Below, in pieces: positions 1 to 8,800 of a stretch of 64,000 nt of DNA. The notes under the pieces were generated by a model. The model did not search any database and had not been told where the DNA came from. It saw only the letters and a list, made by a program, of their open reading frames with translations. Location of the stretch: positions 1,615-65,614 of the forward strand of contig WVZO01000393.1 in assembly GCA_011772425.1 (NCBI GenBank), read 5' to 3'. The position numbers were made by a program, and so were the translations under genes. How positions within the stretch are numbered: position 1 is the stretch's first letter; each line of letters opens with the position of its first letter. The DNA comes from Candidatus Aminicenantes bacterium (lineage in GTDB: Bacteria; Acidobacteriota; Aminicenantia; UBA2199).

Positions 1-1
1 G

Positions 2-1456
2 TTTAAAAACGTGGATTTTAACCGAGCATCATTGGAAAAAGGGATTTTAACTGACACGATGTTTGAAAACATCACATTTGGGAAAAGCCTGTTAAAAAGC
101 AGTGATTTCAGTCATTCCGTTTTTAAGAATGTAAAATTTGAACAGGCAGTAGCCGCACACTGCGATTTTAAAAGCTGTGTATTTGAAAATTGTACCTTTG
201 TGAAATCCGATTTTAGCCTGTCCAATTTTATGGGTTCTACTTTTATCGATTGTGAAATAGAAGATAATGATTTTACCGGTGCAGGCTTTTTAAAAAGTAA
301 TTTCGACATAAGGCAGTACAAAAATAATCGGTTTTTTGGAACCGGGGAACCCCACACCGAATTGATGGCATTGCTGCCGGTGCTAAACCTGGGACATCGA
401 GGACCTGTCTATGCCGTGGCTGTCAGCCCGGATAATCGCTGGATTGTGTCCGGGAGTGGAGATAAAACCGTGAAATTGTGGGATATTAAGGAACTGGAAA
501 CCAGGCGCCTGCACCACACCCTTGAAAGGCACAAAGGTTTTGTCAGTTCCGTGTTCATCAGTCCGGATAATCGCTGGATTGTGTCCGGGAGTGAAGATAA
601 AACTGTGAAATTGTGGGATATTAAGGACCTGGAATCCGGGCGCCTGCACCACACCCTGGAAGGGCACAAAGGTTGGGTCCATTCCGTGTTTATCAGCTCG
701 GATAATCGCTTCATTGTGTCCGGGAGTTCAGATTCTACGGTGAAATTGTGGGACCTGGAAACTGGGCGCCTGCACCACACCCTGGAAGGGCACAAAGGTT
801 TTGTCAATTCCGTGTTCATCAGCCCGGATAATCGCTTCATTGTGTCCGGGAGTGACGATTCTACGGTGAAATTGTGGAATATTAAGGACCTGGAAACCGG
901 GCGTCTGCAAAAAACCCTTGGGGGGCATGAATATCCTGTCATTTCCGTATTCATCAGCCCGGATAATCGCTTCATTGTGTCCGGGAGTGAAGATAAAACC
1001 GTGAAATTGTGGAATATTAAGGACCTGGAAACCGGGCGCCTGCACCACACACTGGAAGGGCACACAGGTTGGGTCACTTCCGTGTTCATCAGCCCGGATA
1101 ATCGCTGGATTGTGTCCGGGAGTTCAGATTCTACGGTGAAATTGTGGGACCTGGAAACCGGGCGCCTGCACCACACACTGGAAGGGCACACAGATTGGGT
1201 CCGTTCCGTGTTCATCAGCCCGGATAATCGTTTCATTTTTTCCGGGAGCAGTGATAATACCATCAAAACCTGGGATATCAATACCGGCAAACTCATTTAT
1301 TCCATCACTCTTCTCCCGGGAAATCAAGCAATTACCCTATTCAAAGATAATAAATTCCTCCCTTCATCGGAAACCGCCCTCCAATACCTCTATTATACCG
1401 ACGGCCTGGCCAGCTATCCGGCAAAGGATTTGCCAGAGCTGAGGTTGAGAAGTTGA
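2..1456 (+). CDS. Pentapeptide-repeat + seven-blade WD40-repeat protein; 5' end probably lies outside the window
   Basis: The track ORF 11..1456 starts at GTG, but the frame is open back to nt 2. The preceding codons (FKN) continue the pentapeptide pattern (SVFKNVKFEQA, CVFENCTFVKS, STFIDCEIEDN). From about nt 392 there are seven units of the form GHxxxVxSVFISPDNR(W/F)IVSGSxDxTVKLWD..GRLHHTLE, the classic WD40 blade signature. Confidence 0.85.
   Translation, partial: FKNVDFNRASLEKGILTDTMFENITFGKSLLKSSDFSHSVFKNVKFEQAVAAHCDFKSCVFENCTFVKSDFSLSNFMGSTFIDCEIEDNDFTGAGFLKSNFDIRQYKNNRFFGTGEPHTELMALLPVLNLGHRGPVYAVAVSPDNRWIVSGSGDKTVKLWDIKELETRRLHHTLERHKGFVSSVFISPDNRWIVSGSEDKTVKLWDIKDLESGRLHHTLEGHKGWVHSVFISSDNRFIVSGSSDSTVKLWDLETGRLHHTLEGHKGFVNSVFISPDNRFIVSGSDDSTVKLWNIKDLETGRLQKTLGGHEYPVISVFISPDNRFIVSGSEDKTVKLWNIKDLETGRLHHTLEGHTGWVTSVFISPDNRWIVSGSSDSTVKLWDLETGRLHHTLEGHTDWVRSVFISPDNRFIFSGSSDNTIKTWDINTGKLIYSITLLPGNQAITLFKDNKFLPSSETALQYLYYTDGLASYPAKDLPELRLRS
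392..1296 (+). repeat. Seven tandem 123-135 bp coding repeats (WD40 blades) with very high nucleotide identity
   Basis: gtgttcatcagcccggataatcgc(t/g)... recurs with 0-4 mismatches near 812, 947, 1082 and 1208. The long antisense ORFs in the track (409..1296 and others) are by-products of this periodicity. Confidence 0.9.
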
Positions 1457-1530
1457 GAAGTTGAGAGGTTGAGAAAGGGAGAAGTGAAGAAGCGAGGAAG
1501 CGAAGAAGTTGAGAAGAGAAGAAAAAAGAA
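1437..1530. repeat. Purine-rich stutter of GTTGAGAA / GAAGCGAG words spanning the stop codon of the WD40 gene
   Basis: The sequence reads gagctgaggttgagaagttgagaagttgagaggttgagaaagggagaagtgaagaagcgaggaagcgaagaagttgagaagagaag. Confidence 0.8.
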
Positions 1531-1542
1531 AACTGGTTCTTA

Positions 1543-1571
1543 TTGACAAATAAACATAATTTGCTTATATT
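1543..1571 (+). promoter_or_regulatory. Sigma70-type promoter (TTGACA-N17-TATATT) for the small coiled-coil gene
   Basis: TTGACA lies at 1543-1548, followed by a 17-nt spacer and TATATT at 1566-1571. AGGAG at 1578-1582 precedes the ATG at 1586/1589. Confidence 0.5.
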
Positions 1572-1585
1572 AATGCCAGGAGAAA

Positions 1586-1843
1586 ATGATGAAGATTCAA
1601 ATGCTAAAAACCGCTGTAGAAGAAATAATCATTCCCGAACTTGATAAGATAAAATCAAATTTGTGCGAACCTCATTTAGCCCTGGAAATAACCAATGAAC
1701 GAATTAGTTACATATTCACCCTATTAAATGATTTAAGCAGAAGAATAGACGAGACGAATAAGCGAATAGATGAAATAAATAATCGGTTAAACAGAAGGCT
1801 GGATGAAACCCACAACAGAATTAGCAACCTAACCCATTCATAA
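1586..1843 (+). CDS. Small coiled-coil protein of unknown function
   Basis: It has its own promoter-like boxes and an AGGAG Shine-Dalgarno. The C-terminal half has a heptad-like repeat (RRIDETNKRIDEINNRLNRRLDETHNRISNL). I recognise no family. Confidence 0.55.
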   Translation: MMKIQMLKTAVEEIIIPELDKIKSNLCEPHLALEITNERISYIFTLLNDLSRRIDETNKRIDEINNRLNRRLDETHNRISNLTHS

Positions 1844-2049
1844 TCCATCATATCATCATAGTCCATCATACCCATCAGCGTAACAATTAAGCAGCAAGCA
1901 CCAGCCAAAGCTTTAAACAGCAGTAAATCTTCGATTAAAGTACAGCTTATAGTTTTCATCTTTCTGCTTGTGGCTTGCGGCTTATGGCTGGAGCTTAACT
2001 ATTACCCATCAGCGTTCATCAGCGGTTCAGACACTTTCCCGGATTCCAT

Positions 2050-2161
2050 TAGAAATCGTTCTGCACCGTCTAGAAATGGCTCTGCAGCACCTAGAAATCG
2101 TTCTGCAGCATCTAGAAATGGTTCCGCAGCACCTAGAAATCGTTCTGCACCGTCTAGAAGG
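2050..2161. repeat. 21-bp tandem repeat, 5.3 copies, alternating A/B variants (42-bp super-unit)
   Basis: The units are tagaaatcgttctgcaccgtc / tagaaatggctctgcagcacc / tagaaatcgttctgcagcatc / tagaaatggttccgcagcacc / tagaaatcgttctgcaccgtc / tagaagg. Units 1 and 5 are identical. Confidence 0.9.
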
Positions 2162-2487
2162 GGTTTCAGCTCTCCCGCCGCAGGCGTTTATTTGTCCGAA
2201 GGACGCCTTCCCATACCCGCATTACTCCAATACCCCATCACCCCAAAAAAAATTTTTTTTTTTTAAAAAAAACAAAACCTTTTTTAAAAAAATTTCGTAT
2301 AAATAATTTTAGGGACAAAAGACAAAAAATGGCTGAAAAAAAAATGGAACAACTGACATGGGAAATGGTTATCCTTTCAAAAATAAAAGATATCCCAGGT
2401 GGGATAAGAAATATCCCTGAAAAAGGCACTTAAAACAAAACGGTTTGTTTTGGCTGGGCTTTTGATCATACAAAAATTCTCCTTTTG

Positions 2488-2545
2488 AAGGGCACAGGGA
2501 AAAGGGTTAAACTTTCCCTGTGCCCTTTTCATTTTGTTTTCTTTT
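2488..2545 (+). terminator. Rho-independent terminator-like hairpin
   Basis: A perfect 15-bp stem pairs aagggcacagggaaa (2488-2502) with tttccctgtgccctt (2513-2527) around a 10-nt loop. It is followed by ttcattttgttttctttt. The T-rich tail is present only on the + strand. Confidence 0.6.
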
Positions 2546-2765
2546 AAGCACGAAATCGCGCAGAGTCCAATTTCGAAATCCGAAACAAATCCAAACTCCA
2601 AATGTTCAAAATTCAAAACAAAAGCAGCATGATACGACACTTTTAGGTTCTTTTCGTTTTGGTCATTTAAATTTTGATCATTCGAATTTTTTTCGAATTT
2701 CGTGCTTCGAATTTCGGATTTCCGCGGGGGAAGTAGCTTTTTTAAAGAATTTGATATCCCCGTGG

Positions 2766-4517
2766 CTAATATAATCCAAGATGCTTCAAATACAACGTAC
2801 CCTCAGTACCAGGATACGCACAAGCATTGTTAATCGAAACAAAAACCGAATTTACCCTCGTTAACACCGGCATGCGCTTCTTGTTCTCACCAAAATACCC
2901 ATGAAACTTATTAAAAGATATAACAAACTTCTTCCACTTCATATCCGCTAAAAACGAATGACGATACCACGTCTCATCATCCTTGTTTCCAGACTTTGTC
3001 CTGAACTCCATCCAGAACCGGCCCTTCTTATCCGACCGCGCCTCAAACACAAACCCCTTATACCCCGAAAAATCAAACCGCTCCCTCAACGCCATCGCCG
3101 ACCAAAAATCCTTAACCCCCGGAGAGTCCTTATCCAATTTAAAAGAAAAACGGGTTATTTTAACCTTTTTCTTCTTATCCATATCAAACCCAATAGTCCC
3201 CTCAGATCCACTGTTTTTTTCCACTTTAAACGCATCCTGCGCTTCCTGAAGCAGCCGTTTAGGTATGATTTCCTTCTTTTCCCGGGAAGAGGGTAGGGGA
3301 ACCGCTCCACTTACCCCAATAAAAAACGGGTTGGTCATGATCCAGGGCAATTCATCAAAGGTATTCCCGGGTACATACACTTCAACCCGGTAAACACCCG
3401 GTTCATTTACGTTTATTTTAAGTATTTTGCCCTGGATGCCCTTAATTTGTTTGTATTTCTTTCCATACTTTAAAACATATGCATCAACAGCAAACTTAAA
3501 AGGCAAATGAATCACCAGCGTACCTGTTCTCGAAGCCGAATACCCACCCATATCAATGCGTTTTCTCTTATCTTCCTCAGTAAAATATGCCTCAAACCCA
3601 TTGGCTGCCGAAATCCCTTCGATGACATTGAAAAAATTCCCCTCCCTTAAAGACCATACAACATCAGACGACGCCTGGATGGCATCTTTCTCAAAATCGC
3701 TGTCAACTTTTACATACACGGTCATGATCTCAAACATGGATTTATACGTAGGAAAATTTAATTGCATATCTTCTGAAATCGGTAATTTGGCATGGGCATC
3801 CAATGCATAAATCCCATAATACCGGTGCGATTCGTCAGCATTCAAGGAATCCCATTTCTTTACATTCTCTGTAGGGTATCCCATAGTATTCAATAACGCA
3901 TACTTTGAATTTATCCAGTATTTCAAAGGAAAAATCAGCACCTTTAAAACACCGGCTTTCATGGCTTCACTATAAGAACTTAATACCTCAAGACCGGAAA
4001 ATCTTTTAATATCCCAATCCGTCCACGGGACTTTACGATCAAAAGGATGGGAGATGAAACACACTCCGTCATCACCAATAATCTCATTGATCGCTTCTTG
4101 CGGTTCTGGGGGAAAGATATAATCCGGCACCTTAAATCCCACTGCTGCCAGGTGACCGGAATTTAACGATAATTCCGTACCACCAATCAACAACACATTA
4201 CCCCTCCATGATGTGCAGGTAGACGACTTGATATTGGGCCTGCCATGGTCGGTCAGGATCACAAAATCCAGGTTTAAATCAGCAGCAGCATCCGCAATTT
4301 CATCCACGGTTCCTTTACCATCCGAAAATACCGAGTGCATATGGTAGACGCCTTTTTTATAATAAGAGGGTAGGGGATTGGTGTTTACTTCCGGTCGATA
4401 AAAAAACGCAGGTGCTATATTCAACACCAACAACACCACAACCAGGATAAACAAATATTTCAAAATTTTTCTAAATTTTCTTTTTTTCTTTGTCTTTGTT
4501 TTTTTCAATTCTTGCAT
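2766..4517 (-). CDS. Membrane-anchored PHP-domain (CehA/McbA-type) metal-dependent phosphoesterase-like protein with a C-terminal beta-sandwich-like domain
   Basis: There is an N-terminal K-rich segment plus a TM helix. The PHP signature is GVYHMHSVFSDGKGTVDEIADAAADLNLDFVILTDHG ... FISHPFD. The C-terminal domain assignment is weak. Confidence 0.75.
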   Translation of the reverse strand: MQELKKTKTKKKRKFRKILKYLFILVVVLLVLNIAPAFFYRPEVNTNPLPSYYKKGVYHMHSVFSDGKGTVDEIADAAADLNLDFVILTDHGRPNIKSSTCTSWRGNVLLIGGTELSLNSGHLAAVGFKVPDYIFPPEPQEAINEIIGDDGVCFISHPFDRKVPWTDWDIKRFSGLEVLSSYSEAMKAGVLKVLIFPLKYWINSKYALLNTMGYPTENVKKWDSLNADESHRYYGIYALDAHAKLPISEDMQLNFPTYKSMFEIMTVYVKVDSDFEKDAIQASSDVVWSLREGNFFNVIEGISAANGFEAYFTEEDKRKRIDMGGYSASRTGTLVIHLPFKFAVDAYVLKYGKKYKQIKGIQGKILKINVNEPGVYRVEVYVPGNTFDELPWIMTNPFFIGVSGAVPLPSSREKKEIIPKRLLQEAQDAFKVEKNSGSEGTIGFDMDKKKKVKITRFSFKLDKDSPGVKDFWSAMALRERFDFSGYKGFVFEARSDKKGRFWMEFRTKSGNKDDETWYRHSFLADMKWKKFVISFNKFHGYFGENKKRMPVLTRVNSVFVSINNACAYPGTEGTLYLKHLGLY

Positions 4518-4586
4518 GAAGCCAATCTCCTTGAATAATGAATTGATATTATATCATTTTTAGCACCCGTTAAGAAACTTTTTTTT

Positions 4587-4778
4587 GCCTTCGGCGACCA
4601 GGGGGGCTCTTTTCGAGAAAACTGCCCCCCTGGACCCCCCGCAAAAGCTTTTGTTTAAAGGAGTTATCACTTGGGGTACGATGTTTAAAGGCCCCGTAAC
4701 ACAGGCTGACCATGAATAAAAAATTTTTGCGGGGTCCAGGGGCGGTTTTTCAAAAGAGCCCCTGGCCGCCGGAGGCCA
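4587..4778. repeat. Inverted pair of a ~60-bp GC-hairpin element (REP/BIME-like) in a divergent intergenic region
   Basis: The left arm is gccttcggcgaccaggggggctcttttcgagaaaactgcccccctggaccccccgcaaaagctttt. The right arm is aaaaatttttgcggggtccaggggcggtttttcaaaagagcccctggccgccggaggc, its imperfect reverse complement. About 65 bp separate the arms. Each arm is itself a hairpin (CCAGGGGGGC...GCCCCCCTGG). Confidence 0.85.
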
Positions 4779-4818
4779 AGGAGTTCAGGATTTCGTGGTT
4801 CAAAATCTAAAAATTATC

Positions 4819-4847
4819 TTGACTTCACAAACAATACATTCTAAAAT
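4819..4847 (+). promoter_or_regulatory. Sigma70-type promoter (TTGACT-N17-TAAAAT) ending 9 nt before the CDF start codon
   Basis: TTGACT lies at 4819-4824 and TAAAAT at 4842-4847, with the ATG at 4856. No Shine-Dalgarno lies between them, which implies a leaderless or 1-3 nt leader transcript. Confidence 0.5.
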
Positions 4848-4855
4848 TACCCCTC

Positions 4856-5785
4856 ATGAAAAAAAATGCATATTCATCTCTACCTGTTATATTGACAGCG
4901 CTAATCGCCAATCTTTTTATTGCTATTCTCAAGCTCATCGTTGCCGTGTTAACCGGATCATCTGCCATACTGGCAGAAGCGATCCACTCTTTTGCCGACA
5001 CCATGAACCAGGTGCTCCTGTTAGTAGGCATTAAAAAAGGTGGAAAAGCCCCGGATTCCCTTCATCCTTTTGGATTCTCCGGTGAATTGTATTTCTGGTC
5101 TTTTATTGTTGCCATAATCCTGTTCACTGCCGGCGGGGTGTTTTCCATTTATGAAGGCATTCATAAACTGTTTCATCCCCAGGCCATTGAAAACGTCAAC
5201 TACGCCTTTGTGGTATTGATCTTTTCCATTGCCGCTGAAGGCACCGCCTTTTATAAAGCCTTGAAGAAAGTTAACAGGGAACGCCAGGGCATACCGGTAT
5301 ACCAATACTTGCGGAAAACTAAAAAATCCGAACTCATCGTGGTATTCCTTGAAGACCTGGCAGCTATATGCGGGCTCACCACTGCGCTGCTCCTCATCTT
5401 CTTGCAACACATCACCGGCATCTTGATATTCGACGGCATCGCCTCTATACTCATCGGGCTTATCCTCTGTGTCGTAGCCCTGTTTCTGGGCAATGAAATC
5501 CGCTCCTTGCTCATCGGCGAAAGCGCCGACCCCGGAATCATCAAAAAAATAGCCGCTCTATTCAATCAAGAAGAAAGTATTAACCGGCTCATTTTCATCA
5601 AATCCTTGCAACTGGGGCCACACGATATCCTGATCTCAGTAAAAGCCGAATTCAACCACCGCCTCACTTCAGTGGAAATCAGCAACCTGATTAACGGTAT
5701 TGAAAAAGAAATCCGGGAAAAATTCCCGGACGTTAAAAAAATCTTCATCGAACCCGATATTTATTATGGAGATAATAAATGTTGA
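4856..5785 (+). CDS. Cation diffusion facilitator (CDF) family metal efflux transporter
   Basis: There are six hydrophobic segments. The CDF signature is SSAILAEAIHSFADTMNQVLLL, followed by a C-terminal cytoplasmic domain (HDILISVKAEF...). Confidence 0.85.
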   Translation: MKKNAYSSLPVILTALIANLFIAILKLIVAVLTGSSAILAEAIHSFADTMNQVLLLVGIKKGGKAPDSLHPFGFSGELYFWSFIVAIILFTAGGVFSIYEGIHKLFHPQAIENVNYAFVVLIFSIAAEGTAFYKALKKVNRERQGIPVYQYLRKTKKSELIVVFLEDLAAICGLTTALLLIFLQHITGILIFDGIASILIGLILCVVALFLGNEIRSLLIGESADPGIIKKIAALFNQEESINRLIFIKSLQLGPHDILISVKAEFNHRLTSVEISNLINGIEKEIREKFPDVKKIFIEPDIYYGDNKC

Positions 5786-5839
5786 AAATATTAACTCTCC
5801 TTTGATTTTCAGCTCATTTTGTGATAATATAAACTTGAT

Positions 5840-8800
5840 ATGAAAATTACGAAAATACTACTCTTACTTGTTCTTCTCGCCCCGTTTCACCTGTTTGCTG
5901 TCAAGTATCCCATTATCAATTACCTGGCCTCGGACGGGCTGCCTCAAAGCTATATCAATGCATTAATACAGGACCATCTGGGCTATATATTTGTAGGTAC
6001 CCAAAGCGGTATCGGCAAGTTTGATGGGAATAACTTTGAAGTCATTACAATAAGAAACGGGTTACCCAATAATTTCATAAACGATTTTGCCATGGATAAC
6101 CAGGGGAATATATGGGCAGCCACCCTGGAAGGACTGGCAAAAATCGACAAAACCTACAAAATTAGCAGCTATATGACAGCAAAATCCATCCGCTCCCTTA
6201 AAAATGACAGCACCGCCAATACCCTGTGGATTTTCACCCAAAATGGCGTTTATTATCTAAAAAACAATAAATTCGTCATTTACAAACTCCTGGACTACAC
6301 ATTTCAAGAAGGTGATGAAAACAAGGTAAAAGGTTTAATAATCACCGATCCAGGAGTTAAATACTTTTACTCCGATCGGGAAATCCTGGAAATAAAGGAT
6401 AAAAAAATCCATACCATTAAAAGTGAGCACAACATCAATGTCTTAAAATGGCTGGACAGCGAGAAAAAAATAGTCGTTGGCACGAAAGACGGTTTATTTG
6501 TGTTGAAAATTGAAACTGCTCCCCCCCGATTCATCCCATACATTGACTTACCACCTGGCGGCCGCAATGTTACCGATATAGTGGTTGATGAGAGGAAGAG
6601 AATCTGGGTGGGTACGGAAGGTGGTTTACTTATTTATACGCGGCCATTTGCTGACCCCATCATTATTACCGATGAAAACGGTTTTATTTCCAGGAGAGTT
6701 ACAAAAATTATTATCGACAGGGAAAAGAGCATCTTTATCGGCACCCGTTGGGGATTAGCACAACTCTCACCCAATCTTTTCAAGATGTACGATGACAGCG
6801 ATGGATTACCCAGCGAATTTGTCTGGGACTTTTTAGAAGACGAAGAAAATGATTCCCTACTGATAGCTTGTGACAATGGAATCGCTGAATTCAACAGGAA
6901 AACCGGCGAAATCATCCCGTTCTCCTTTCTCAATCGACAATTAAAAGATCACTCCGTGCGGGTCATTGAAAAGATAGGGCAAAATGATTTCTTGTTAGGC
7001 ACCAGGGAGCGAGGCCTTTACCGGTGGGATCGAAAGGTCCGGCTAACCAGAATTCTCCCCAACACCGGTGTATTAGACGGTGCCAAAACAAGTAACAACA
7101 TTGCCTGGTTTGGAACAGACCACGGTCTTCTTAAATATGATAATAAAAACAACCGCTTCAGGTTCTACCGGGATGGCTTAAAAGATGATACGATATGGGC
7201 ACTGGCCGTGGTTTACAATGATACACTCCTGGTGGGCACGGGCAAAGGTGTGCAAAAATTTTACCGGGAAAAATTCGTACCTTCGGAGTTTGAAAGCCAA
7301 ATTCATGAAAATACCGTGGTCAACGATATCGAAGTGATATCCCCCTCTGAAATCATGGTAGCCACAGAACTAAATGGTTTATACATTTTTAAAGACAACC
7401 AATTGAAACGTATTACCACAGCCAATGGGTTACTGCACAACGACGTATGGTCAGTCATAAAAGACAACTACGGCAATATTTGGTTGAATACCACCATCTC
7501 CCTTGCCCGCCGGTATACGGACGGGTTTATTTCTCATTTTAACAGGAAAACAGGCCTATTTGGTGATGAAGGCTCTATCCATTCCGCCTTTAAAGCTCGC
7601 AGCGGAACCATTTATTTCGGGATCACACCGGGGATTGTGGAAATACCTGAAAACCCCATCCATAAAACCGACATCGATATCAAAACCCCCATTCTTCATA
7701 TAAAAGAAATAAAAGTCAAAGGAAAAAAAGTACCGTTAGACACAACCAGCTCCTCTCATCACCCGATTCACTTAAATTACAGTCAAAACAACATCGAATT
7801 TGCCTACATCACAGTCTCCACCCGGAAAGAAAATCCGGTTTTTTATAAAACCTGTCTTCACCCCCTGGATACTCAATGGTCGGAGCCTACCCGGGAAACC
7901 CATATCAAATACTTGAATCTTCCCCCAGCCGATTATACCTTTGAAGTAATTGCCAACAACGGAGGAGGGGAGAACCAATGGTTCAAATCGAAAAATAAAA
8001 TCTTCCTGGTAATTAAAAAGCCTTTTTGGGTGACCTGGTGGTTTATTTCATCACTGGTTATCTTGTGTATCTTTGTTGTGTTTTTCCTGGTTAAACTCCG
8101 ACTCAACCGCCTGGAAAAACAGAAAGAACACCTTCAGCAACTGGTTGAAAAAAGGACAACGGAGCTGCAGCACCTTTCTATCACCGACCCCTTAACCGAT
8201 TTAAAGAACCGGAGGTACCTGGAAGAGAAAATCAAAGAAGACATCAATCTCATTGAACGATCTATATATGATAAAACAAAATATCCCCATAAAGAATCTC
8301 TTGCTGAAGCGCCGATATTAGGGGTATTTATACTGGACATCGATCATTTCAAAAAAGTAAACGACGATTACGGGCATAAAGCCGGAGATATCGTTATCGT
8401 GAATATTGCTCAACTGTTAATCGAAATGCTCAGGAATTCAGACACCATTGTCAGATGGGGAGGTGAGGAGTTCTTAGTCATCACCCGGCAATACGGAAAA
8501 AGCAACTCTTTTGAGTTGGCTGAACGGATTCGCAAAAAAGTCGCATCCTTCGAATTTGAAATCAATGAAGGAATTACCTTACGAAAAACCATTAGTGTGG
8601 GTTTTGCCCATTTCCCTTTTATCCCTGAGGAGATTAACCGGGTCAATTGGCCTCATGTGGTATCGCTGGCAGACAGTGCCCTTTACATTGCAAAAAACAG
8701 CGGCAGGAACTTAAGCATCGGTATCGAATACGGGGAAAAAGAATTGGATATTGACTTTAAAGAAATCGTATCCAACATTAAAATGGGAGTAGAAAAAAAT

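Noticed and set aside
383-1327. Long antisense ORFs inside the WD40 gene (409..1296 of 295 aa, 383..682, 728..1063, 1124..1327).
   Set aside because: Their open frames are a by-product of the 126-bp periodicity of the sense-strand repeats. The translated sequences are themselves periodic nonsense with no start context. The sense strand carries an unmistakable WD40 signature.
2050-2161. Possible CRISPR array; the same question applies to the 13031-13077, 13678-13709 and 52287-52382 arrays.
   Set aside because: All of these are head-to-tail repeats with no unique spacers. Units are 8-24 bp and no cas genes are present.
1968-2306. Two overlapping + strand ORFs (1968..2306, 1970..2266) across the 21-bp tandem array.
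   Set aside because: They are kept open only by the repeat. They overlap each other in different frames, lack Shine-Dalgarno and promoter context, and run into an A/T homopolymer tract. I treat the region as a noncoding repeat.
2329-2433. A 34-codon ORF (MAEKKMEQLTWEMVILSKIKDIPGGIRNIPEKGT) about 55 nt upstream of the 2488-2545 terminator.
   Set aside because: The position relative to the terminator is attractive. However, there is no clear Shine-Dalgarno or promoter and no recognisable family, and it is too short to call from sequence alone. It is mentioned in the findings only.
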